From the IMG/VR virus record IMGVR_UViG_3300009509_000003: 20,000 nt of DNA; one strand, 5' to 3'. Under the pieces are notes generated by a model. That model made no database searches, was not told the DNA's origin, and was given only the letters and a program-made list of their open reading frames with translations. The position numbers were made by a program, and so were the translations under genes. Every line of letters begins with the position of its first letter. The first letter of the stretch is position 1. Below, piece by piece: positions 9,086 through 16,519 of the stretch. Origin of the DNA: an uncultured virus (IMG/VR IMGVR_UViG_3300009509_000003) (Duplodnaviria > Heunggongvirae > Uroviricota > Caudoviricetes).

Positions 9086-10318
9086 TCAAAACAAGAAGTT
9101 ACTGGTCTCCAAAAACCGGATGAAATCAACACCAACAATCGATGATCCAGGAGCCGACGATACGGCATTGTATAAAGTAAATCCTATACGAGCCATCGTA
9201 GAAGAGTGCGTAAAACTCCCCATATAGATCCAGTTACCCCCAGACGTTCCTACCCATCCGTGATAAGTCGTTGCGATCTTGTGGATAGCCATATATTCAA
9301 GTGCCTGACCTTCCGTCGCCACATCAGTGGTAGTGTTTATCGCCGAAGGCGTCCCTCCTGTGTAGGCTAAAAATCTACAATATTGTACGCCACCTGGTCC
9401 GTGCATTTGCGCAGTCACAAAGTCCGAAGAACTTGGAACTCCTCCACCGAGGTCTGGAGCAATAATAAATCCCAAAAGACCGTCAGATGTTGGATCTGTG
9501 TACCTCTGAAATATTCTCCCTCGCATAATCATCAGAAGGTTCGTCGGTACTGTTATGCCCTTCGTTATGTAGTACGTCTTAGTGTTCGACGGAGCTTGGA
9601 ACAGTATCCATGACCGTCTTTCCGATCCGTTTTGGTTGGCCCGAACGACGTTCCCAGAAGTGAATGTCGTATCGTAAGCGTCTACGGCTCCCGAACTTAG
9701 ACTCCCATCAACATTATCAGTTACGTTCCGTACCAGCCACGAAGAATCTATTGTTCCACCATCGAATTCGTCGTCCTCGGAGTGTGCCGACGCTGGTGGG
9801 AACCACAGGTTGGACATCTCATCCCCTGGGGGCAGGTTCGCCGCCTGGATCATCTTCTTCGCGTCCGCCGCCTCAGAATCCTCGATAAGCATCTTGTCGG
9901 CGTCAACGAGCGTCGTCTTTTCCGTGAGAGCTGCGATCTCGCCGCTAATGTTGTCATGGATCGCCGATGGTTGCCGACCGTAGGGCAACGTACCGATGGT
10001 TGCCTTCTTCTTCGCGTAGGTCGCTGCGGCATCCTCGATGAGCACGAGGTCGGATGACGTGGGAGACGACTTCGCCGTTATCTGAGCAATCTCCCCCAAT
10101 GAACTCGAATGTATGGCTCTCGGGTCCCGCTTCCATGACGCCGCTTCTGGCGTGGCGTCCGTACACTGGTGCATCGTCGACAGAGAGGTCACGAAGGCAA
10201 TGTCTCCGTCTCTGAGCGCTTCGGTCTGTGTTCCCGATCCCAACACGTTCGGAAGTGCCGCTGGGGTCGCGAATACACCCCAGTAGTTGTGGAAGACAGA
10301 TGGAGACTTCAGAGCCAC
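9086..10318 (-). CDS. Putative receptor-binding protein, paralogue 2
   Basis: 410 aa, GTG start abutting the upstream TGA, SD GGAGG. Same architecture as paralogues 1 and 3; ends GVDFIRFLETSNFLF. Confidence 0.6.
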   Translation of the reverse strand: MALKSPSVFHNYWGVFATPAALPNVLGSGTQTEALRDGDIAFVTSLSTMHQCTDATPEAASWKRDPRAIHSSSLGEIAQITAKSSPTSSDLVLIEDAAATYAKKKATIGTLPYGRQPSAIHDNISGEIAALTEKTTLVDADKMLIEDSEAADAKKMIQAANLPPGDEMSNLWFPPASAHSEDDEFDGGTIDSSWLVRNVTDNVDGSLSSGAVDAYDTTFTSGNVVRANQNGSERRSWILFQAPSNTKTYYITKGITVPTNLLMIMRGRIFQRYTDPTSDGLLGFIIAPDLGGGVPSSSDFVTAQMHGPGGVQYCRFLAYTGGTPSAINTTTDVATEGQALEYMAIHKIATTYHGWVGTSGGNWIYMGSFTHSSTMARIGFTLYNAVSSAPGSSIVGVDFIRFLETSNFLF

Positions 10319-10585
10319 TCAGACCTCCGTCTCCATCCGTGGGGGTCGTAAAAAGGTCGACGGATCATCCGGGTCCGGAGCCGTCTCCGTCACCCTGATC
10401 CTTTTCTCATACAGGTCGGGCCACCCTCGCCACCCCTCGCCATTGGCAATCTCTTGCTCCTCATCGTTCATCTCGTTAATGAGGTCAGCGATGGTGTCTA
10501 CCAATCCCGAGTCATCGATCCCGTCTCTGCGCAGCAAACGCAGGTTGTCTGTCATAGTACGAAATTCATCTAGCTTCGTCGTCAT
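10319..10585 (-). CDS. Small acidic helical hypothetical protein (88 aa)
   Basis: Strong SD AGGAGG. Fills the gap between paralogues 1 and 2 almost exactly. Confidence 0.7.
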   Translation of the reverse strand: MTTKLDEFRTMTDNLRLLRRDGIDDSGLVDTIADLINEMNDEEQEIANGEGWRGWPDLYEKRIRVTETAPDPDDPSTFLRPPRMETEV

Positions 10586-10598
10586 CGCTCAAATCCTC

Positions 10599-11831
10599 CT
10601 AGAACAGGAAATTGTCGGTCTCCAGGAACCGGATGAAATCGACGCCAAACACGCCCAATCCCGGAAGAGTTGTTGATTCGACCCGCGTTTGCACTCCAAC
10701 GAATGCTGGAGTCGGAGACCAGGAAGCACTTCCCATATAAATCCAGTTCCCTCCAGCAGTTCCAAGCCATCCATGATATGTCGTTCCTATCTTGTGTATG
10801 GCTGCATACTCAAGGGCTTGGCCCTGACTAACAACATTCGTTGTTGCAGAATAAAATCCAGTAACATTCCCCTCACGCTCATAGAAACGCCCTTGGGCTA
10901 CTCCGGAAGATGGCGAGTAATTTATTCCAACAACCATATAATCAGTTTTATTCGGCTCTCCTCCGGTGTAGGAGCCGATATGCAAAACGCAGTACCTATC
11001 CCCAGACACCATAGATGAGTAATATTGATTGAACTTCAGTCGAGCTACTATCAGCATATTCGTCGAAAATGTAACGGATTTTGCTAGCAATAAAGTTTTA
11101 CTCACTCCCGGTTGGAGTAAAATCCATGATTTCCTAGAAAGAGAATATCGAAGGTCATCACCAGAGTACGACCCGTCATAAGCATCGACTCCAGTAACAA
11201 AGCTTGCAATGTTTTCGGTGGTAAAGTTATAGGCATACCAACTCGCATCGAGTGACCCGATAAATTCATCATCCTCGGAGTGTGGTGACGATGGTGGATA
11301 CCACAGATTCGCCCTGCTCAACGGTCTCGGGATATTGATGAGCTTGGCCTTCTTTTTCGCGTGGCTCGCCTCCGAGTCCTCGATGAGTACGAGATCATCG
11401 AACACCGGGACCGTCTTCTGCGTGAGCGCCGAAATCTCCGCTGCCACGTTATCATGGATAGCGTCAGGGTCTGTTGCCGCGCCCGTGGGCAGATCGTCCA
11501 CCAAGATGCTCTTCTTGTTGAATGAGTCGGCAGCGTCCTCGATAATCAGCGGATCAGACGCTTCTGGGTAGACCTTGGTCGTCAACGCGTTGATCTCGCC
11601 TGCCTCATCGTCGTGAATGGCGTCAGAGTCGTCCGTTGGGGTAGTCCACGTAGCTCCTCCCAACGTGGCCACCGTGCACTGGTAGGTCTGAGAGGTGGAA
11701 GAAGCATACGCTTTGTCCCCCACCTCCAGAGCCCCGTCCTGCTTTGAAGCTCCGGACACGTTCGGTAGATCGCTCGGAGTGGAGTACGTTCCCCAATGGC
11801 TGTGGAGCTGAACTGGTGACTTGGTTGCCAT
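10599..11831 (-). CDS. Putative receptor-binding protein, paralogue 1
   Basis: 410 aa, SD GGAG. Same architecture as paralogues 2 and 3; ends GVDFIRFLETDNFLF. Confidence 0.6.
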   Translation of the reverse strand: MATKSPVQLHSHWGTYSTPSDLPNVSGASKQDGALEVGDKAYASSTSQTYQCTVATLGGATWTTPTDDSDAIHDDEAGEINALTTKVYPEASDPLIIEDAADSFNKKSILVDDLPTGAATDPDAIHDNVAAEISALTQKTVPVFDDLVLIEDSEASHAKKKAKLINIPRPLSRANLWYPPSSPHSEDDEFIGSLDASWYAYNFTTENIASFVTGVDAYDGSYSGDDLRYSLSRKSWILLQPGVSKTLLLAKSVTFSTNMLIVARLKFNQYYSSMVSGDRYCVLHIGSYTGGEPNKTDYMVVGINYSPSSGVAQGRFYEREGNVTGFYSATTNVVSQGQALEYAAIHKIGTTYHGWLGTAGGNWIYMGSASWSPTPAFVGVQTRVESTTLPGLGVFGVDFIRFLETDNFLF

Positions 11832-11837
11832 GCTCTC

Positions 11838-14027
11838 CTACTTGTTGTGTGCCGCGTCGTTCGCTGATCCGAGATCGTTGTACGACGCCCCATTGAACTG
11901 ATTGGCAGTAACGATGTTGTTGTCTGAAGAGACATCGAGACTCGCAGCACCGGCCAATCCTCCAGGGCCCCTATTCCCGGTCACAGTGTTATTGTCCGCA
12001 CCAGTCAGCGAAATCGCGTATTGTCCAGATGTTGGGGTCGTGAACTCGATGTAGTTGTTCTGAACCCCTACCTGGGTCGCTGCGTTGAGCAGCACACCAA
12101 TCTCCGTCCCAGCGCTCCCGAGCGGATGGATGTGGTTGTCGACCACCTCACTACCGCTTGCATCCGATCCGGAGATGATCACCCCGCGGAGATACATGTC
12201 GTAGAACGAGGACAAAGCAACCTTCACGCGGTCTCCGGCCATGACTGCCCAGTCCCCGCCTTCGGTCTGAGCCTTCACGATCAGAGCTGCAAACCATGTT
12301 GGCGAAGCTGTCTGGGGTATTCGGAAGCAAGCCATCTCGTTTCCGCCGGACAGTCCGAGCGAGATGAGAGACGGAACGCCATTGTGCTGGCCCGCCCAGC
12401 AATCGTCCAGCAGGCAATCCGGAGGTGCAGCCGTATCACCAATCTTGAATACCGAGCGAAGCACCGTGTACCCCGCCTCGGTGCTCGTCCACGTTCCGGG
12501 AAAGTCGACGGAAACGCTCTTGCACTTCGCACGAGCCCCATTGAGAAACACGACAGAGGTTGATCCGCTTCCCGATCCCGTTGGAAGGCCGACGTTGATA
12601 CCGAGGTCTTCGAGTATCGAGTCCGCCGCCAGAGTGAATGCGCCCTGGTCGCCGGAAGTTTTCGTCGTGATTTTGGTATGCAGTCGTCCGGCTCCCCGCA
12701 CGCGAACGCTCGCGGGAACGACCAGCGGAGCCACCGCTGCTCCGGCACCAAGGTTATAGGTTCCCGGTCGGATGTAAACATCCTTCCCAGCTCCCGCTGC
12801 CGCCAATGCGGTAACGAGCTGCACACCGTCTCCACTATCCAGATAGTCACAATCAGCTGCGGTGTCACCGTTGACCGAATTCCCAACAATTATGACCGAA
12901 GTCCGCCTATCCGTCGTTACCCCAGACGGGAGGGCGCTGATCAGAATCGACTTCTTGGCCCATGTGGTGGCGTCCTCGCTGTCCTCGATGAGGAGCTTGT
13001 CCGCGCCTATAGGAGAAGCCTTAGAGGCAATGGCGTTGATCTCGGCAGCCACGTTGTCGTGGATCGCTGTGCTGTCCGCCCCGTCGTTCACAGTAGGGGT
13101 AGGGTAGGTTCCTCCGAGATCCCCTCCAGCTGCTCCTGTCGGCGTTCTAGCATCTGACAACCTGGCATCGTTACCTTCGCAAAATGTTCCCGCGCTGGAC
13201 CCGTAAGCGGGAAGAGAATGCTGGTGGTCGGACCGAGCTAGTGACGTGGCCGATCCTTCTGTGGCTGCGTCTCCTGGAGTAGCTGCTCCCGCTGCAGCCG
13301 TCGTAACATCGTGCTTGTGGTCGTCTCTCGCCGCAGTAGTCCCGGTGCCGGTCGCTGCTGTCGCTTTCGTGACGTTCACCGGAGGAGTGCTAGCGAGGGA
13401 CGCCCCTCCTGGGAGATTGCCCGCTTGGGCCCTCTTCTTGGTGTAGGAATTCTCGCTGTCCTCGATGATAACTAAGTCTGCGGCAACCGGCGCTACCTTC
13501 TCGCCAATAAGGACGATCTCGCCGTCAACATTGTCATGGATAGCGTTCGGATCGCTGCCACCTCCACCTCCCTGCGTCGAACCGATGTCAGTGATCGACG
13601 CGGGGGTGTCCAGCATCAGCCCGTTCCGCCAATAGAGTTTGGCTCCTATGCGCGTCGCGAGCACGTAGTCGATGTCAGTAGAGGGAACTTGTGTGGCCGC
13701 CCTGATCGTCGCTGTGACTATCCGAGTGGGTGCACGAGTCAGCGATAGGTAGATGACCTGCCCGTCTGTGATCGTCACTTGTCCGGCCGCGACTTGGACC
13801 TGGAAGCCTGTGATAGGAGACACGATCTTGATAGGAGACGCCCATGTGAAGATACCCGTGGTCCCATTCCACGTGATCGCTCCTCCACCCGTGATGATGA
13901 GCTGCCGATCCTCTCGAGCCGCGTACCCGGAAGCGTCTGCTGACTCGACGAAAGACCGAAACGTCTCGTACCAGTTCTGAACGTACTCGGCGGGGTAGGG
14001 CCACCGCATTCTCGGAGATGTCGCCAT
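11838..14027 (-). CDS. Tailspike / tail fibre with C-terminal right-handed parallel beta-helix (pectate-lyase-like)
   Basis: 729 aa. Order of parts: anchor domain, AIHD module, ARxDHxH twice, GNDARLSDARTP, AGGDLGGTYPTPTV, second AIHD module, then ALAAAGAGKDVYIRPGTYNL...VRVRGAGRLHTKI (beta-helix cap). Rungs follow, such as SEVVDNHI, VQNNYI, NNTVTGNR and NNIVTANQF. Confidence 0.75.
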   Translation of the reverse strand: MATSPRMRWPYPAEYVQNWYETFRSFVESADASGYAAREDRQLIITGGGAITWNGTTGIFTWASPIKIVSPITGFQVQVAAGQVTITDGQVIYLSLTRAPTRIVTATIRAATQVPSTDIDYVLATRIGAKLYWRNGLMLDTPASITDIGSTQGGGGGSDPNAIHDNVDGEIVLIGEKVAPVAADLVIIEDSENSYTKKRAQAGNLPGGASLASTPPVNVTKATAATGTGTTAARDDHKHDVTTAAAGAATPGDAATEGSATSLARSDHQHSLPAYGSSAGTFCEGNDARLSDARTPTGAAGGDLGGTYPTPTVNDGADSTAIHDNVAAEINAIASKASPIGADKLLIEDSEDATTWAKKSILISALPSGVTTDRRTSVIIVGNSVNGDTAADCDYLDSGDGVQLVTALAAAGAGKDVYIRPGTYNLGAGAAVAPLVVPASVRVRGAGRLHTKITTKTSGDQGAFTLAADSILEDLGINVGLPTGSGSGSTSVVFLNGARAKCKSVSVDFPGTWTSTEAGYTVLRSVFKIGDTAAPPDCLLDDCWAGQHNGVPSLISLGLSGGNEMACFRIPQTASPTWFAALIVKAQTEGGDWAVMAGDRVKVALSSFYDMYLRGVIISGSDASGSEVVDNHIHPLGSAGTEIGVLLNAATQVGVQNNYIEFTTPTSGQYAISLTGADNNTVTGNRGPGGLAGAASLDVSSDNNIVTANQFNGASYNDLGSANDAAHNK

Positions 14028-14032
14028 CAGCT

Positions 14033-14632
14033 CTACCTTTCAGCCAGATTATCGTCCTGCGCTCGGGCGCTCTCCTCGTGGGCTGATCCCCAGTACGCCT
14101 CTTCACCTCGAAGCGCAGCTGTCGCCCACCCTGCAACGCCCATCGCGAGATAACCACTGAACCACAGAGAGCAGAACACAGCCAGCCCCGCTACGGGGCG
14201 CCCTAGCGCCCAAAGCACGATCCCCGCTACAAGCCCTATCAAAAGTCCTTGGAGGACGGAAACTTCGGCCTGCTCCACATGAATGTGTTCGTGTGCTCGA
14301 ACACGAGACCACTTAGTAAGGTCGGCTAGCGGTCCGTAGAATATCGCGTGCCCGAGTGTTGTTCCTCCCCACGGTCGAGGGTTCGCCCCTTTTCGATCTC
14401 GAAGATACCACCCCACGGGCCAGCGCCCCTTCCGCACTGGAAGTGAGTTCTCTTTCATCTGACAGGTGAGGCAGGGGCCGCCCCCACCGCCCTTTTCTCT
14501 GTCATAGGCCGGAGGACGCTCCCATTGCAGATTCTTCCCCCAAAGTAGCCGAATCATAAGAATTATCGGCCACGCTATGAGAATATCCCAGGGAGCGCAA
14601 ACTCCGTACAGTATCCAGTGCGTCCACCTCAT
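14033..14632 (-). CDS. Membrane protein with HExxH zinc-metallopeptidase-like motif
   Basis: 199 aa, SD GAGGAG. Hydrophobic N-terminus, then GGTTLGHAIFY...RAHEHIHVEQAE, two further hydrophobic helices and AYWGSAHEESAR. Confidence 0.6.
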   Translation of the reverse strand: MRWTHWILYGVCAPWDILIAWPIILMIRLLWGKNLQWERPPAYDREKGGGGGPCLTCQMKENSLPVRKGRWPVGWYLRDRKGANPRPWGGTTLGHAIFYGPLADLTKWSRVRAHEHIHVEQAEVSVLQGLLIGLVAGIVLWALGRPVAGLAVFCSLWFSGYLAMGVAGWATAALRGEEAYWGSAHEESARAQDDNLAER

Positions 14633-14663
14633 GTATCGCTCCTCTTTCTGCGACCGCCGGTCG

Positions 14664-15047
14664 CTACGCTAGCACCGTAACCCCTGCAATAACCTTGAAG
14701 GGGGACGGCGGGACTACCGGACCTCTCGTCCCACTGACCAAAACCACCCACACGTCGAACACGTATGTTCCCGTGTCGAGGGTTTGTGTATCGGAAGGGA
14801 TGAACTTGATCTCGGCGATACCTTCCACTGGGTGAGTGATATCAACCTGTGCCGCCCCAGCCTGGCTGTCTTTCTGAATCAGAGGTGCGGGGTCCATTTC
14901 GCTACACTTCACTGTCAGTACGATCCTCGCTCCGGTCAAATCCACAGCGTGGCTCTCGCCATCTACCACCGTCAGCTCGTATGTTTTGGAGGAGCCGCGG
15001 TAGATTTCTATTTGATTCTCAGGACCTAGGATGCTCGTTCCAGACAT
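14664..15047 (-). CDS. BppU N-terminal-like Ig-fold baseplate/tail accessory protein
   Basis: 127 aa with IYRGSSKTYELTVVD...VDLTGARIVLTVK...G.AEIKF.PSDTQTL.TGTYVFDVWV, the typical BppU_N-like pattern. Confidence 0.6.
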   Translation of the reverse strand: MSGTSILGPENQIEIYRGSSKTYELTVVDGESHAVDLTGARIVLTVKCSEMDPAPLIQKDSQAGAAQVDITHPVEGIAEIKFIPSDTQTLDTGTYVFDVWVVLVSGTRGPVVPPSPFKVIAGVTVLA

Positions 15048-15056
15048 ATCGACCTC

Positions 15057-15515
15057 TCAACATACCGCTTCCAAGACCCCGTGAAGCGATTCTTCGCTCT
15101 CCAGTTCCCCGAGCAGCTCTATCGATGACTGTAAAGTGCCCTCCAGAGGCGCCAGAGGCTCCACTGAGGCGCTTAGAGGCTCAGAGGTAGCCAGGTGCCC
15201 TTCCAGCTCTTCCAAGACGCTGAGGCGTCCCACAAGCCGTTCTACGATAACAGCCTCTAGAACATCTGGCGAGGTGTCGATATAGAAGACCTGTACAACG
15301 TCCGGGGTGATCTTCGTCACCCTCGGAGGTTCTTTCAGCGTAACCTCACCAGTAGCAGGGTCCGACTCTGTCCAGCCGTCGTCGTAATCCGCCCGGAGAA
15401 GAAGCCCATTCAGAAATACTGCCGTTGTGCCCGGACGATAGGCTCGGGATACGTTGAACACGACATTCACACCGTCAATCGCTCCAACTGGCACTTCAAA
15501 ATGAGGCAGCGGCAT
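15057..15515 (-). CDS. Hypothetical virion protein (NGLL-type small beta domain plus 10-aa periodic tail)
   Basis: The ORF track starts at TTG 15533. ATG 15515 (MPLPHFEVP) matches the start of the neighbouring paralogue and gives 152 aa. Confidence 0.65.
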   Translation of the reverse strand: MPLPHFEVPVGAIDGVNVVFNVSRAYRPGTTAVFLNGLLLRADYDDGWTESDPATGEVTLKEPPRVTKITPDVVQVFYIDTSPDVLEAVIVERLVGRLSVLEELEGHLATSEPLSASVEPLAPLEGTLQSSIELLGELESEESLHGVLEAVC

Positions 15516-15548
15516 GATCCACTTATACCTCAAGTCTGATGGACGTGT

Positions 15549-15779
15549 CTATGAGATCGGCGTGTAGAACACCTGAACAGTGTCCCCGATCCGAGGGGCT
15601 TCATGGAGCTGGAGTTTTTTCCCTCCCAGCTCCACCCACCCATCTTCACCGTGCTTCACATGAAGAAGCCCATTCAGCCATACACGAGGCGTTCCGGGCC
15701 GGTAGTCGATACTCACATAAAAAATGCGATTGAAGCCGTCCACAGCCCCGGACGGTATCTCGAAGACTGGGAAGCTCAT
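15549..15779 (-). CDS. Hypothetical virion protein (single NGLL-type domain, 76 aa)
   Basis: The ORF track gives 15549..15845. The likelier ATG at 15779 overlaps the upstream stop (ATGA). Paralogous to 15057..15515. Confidence 0.65.
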   Translation of the reverse strand: MSFPVFEIPSGAVDGFNRIFYVSIDYRPGTPRVWLNGLLHVKHGEDGWVELGGKKLQLHEAPRIGDTVQVFYTPIS

Positions 15780-16519
15780 TCTTCCTGGGATTGAAAACAG
15801 CTCTCCGGGATACGCCGTCCCCGTTTGATAAGAGTGTCTCGCCAAAAGCGCTTCTCGAATTCGCTCATCCCTTCACACTGAGCGTTGTACTCTTCCGCGT
15901 GACCATTCGATGTCTGAACCACCTCCCGTAGCTCACTTACCTCGGTTTTTAGAGGCGTGGGATCGGCAATGACTCCTACCGAGTCTATCTCAGCTCGAAT
16001 AGTCTTGATCTGCTCGGCTCGCTGAAGGCGCTCTTCCTTCAGCTCGGTGTTCAGACCAGAAAGAAACCACACAGCCATTCCCGCACTCGACATCAGCGTG
16101 ACCACGATCGCGATGAGTCCGTAGAACATCCGTCGAGGTCCCTTCCTGATGTCATCCACGTCTGCTTCTAAAGCCGCCGCCTCTTTGGCGAGATTTCGGA
16201 TCTTCTCTGCCTGCTGAGCGTCTTCCCTCGCATCCGTGATGAACTTGGTGCTCTGTTCTTTGGCGGAGGTCTTCAGCTCAGCAATAACCTCTATGTTATG
16301 ACAATCGTGCCCTTTTTCAACACGTTCTTCGACCTTCGATACGCGCTCCCCCATATTTCTCATGTCCACTTGAAGGCCGACTACCGCTTTATTCGTCTCA
16401 TTCACCTGGGGCTTTATGTCTTTGAGGTCGCTGATGATCACGGCAAGTTTTTCATCTGTCGTGTCCATGAAGCGCTTCGGAACAGGGGAAAGGGGCCCAG
16501 TACGATCTTCATCAGACAT
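15776..16519 (-). CDS. Coiled-coil protein with a single transmembrane helix (possibly lysis- or envelope-related)
   Basis: Start moved from 16558 to ATG 16519 because of SD GGAGGAG; 247 aa. Heptad-rich segments flank the TM segment FYGLIAIVVTLMSSAGMAVWFLSGL. Confidence 0.65.
   Translation of the reverse strand: MSDEDRTGPLSPVPKRFMDTTDEKLAVIISDLKDIKPQVNETNKAVVGLQVDMRNMGERVSKVEERVEKGHDCHNIEVIAELKTSAKEQSTKFITDAREDAQQAEKIRNLAKEAAALEADVDDIRKGPRRMFYGLIAIVVTLMSSAGMAVWFLSGLNTELKEERLQRAEQIKTIRAEIDSVGVIADPTPLKTEVSELREVVQTSNGHAEEYNAQCEGMSEFEKRFWRDTLIKRGRRIPESCFQSQEE

Noticed and set aside
7846..11831. Diversity-generating retroelement (VR/TR pair) acting on the paralogue C-termini
   Set aside because: The shared 3' ends differ mostly at synonymous positions involving all bases, not adenine-specifically. 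No near-identical non-coding template repeat and no reverse transcriptase are in the window. A remote DGR cannot be excluded.
6967..14027. Invertible (shufflon/Cin-type) tail fibre cassette
   Set aside because: All genes are on the same strand with their own starts and SD sites. No inverted crossover sites or recombinase were seen.
14650..14664. Hairpin GCGACC-gcc-GGTCGC in the gap before the HExxH gene as a terminator
   Set aside because: Only a 6-bp stem with no downstream U-tract on either strand. It could be a minor RNA structure next to the SD, but support is insufficient.
15144..15187. Clustered AGAGG/GAGGC short repeats
   Set aside because: Irregular spacing; explained by Pro-Leu/Ala-Ser codons in the coding frame. 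Not a CRISPR or iteron array.
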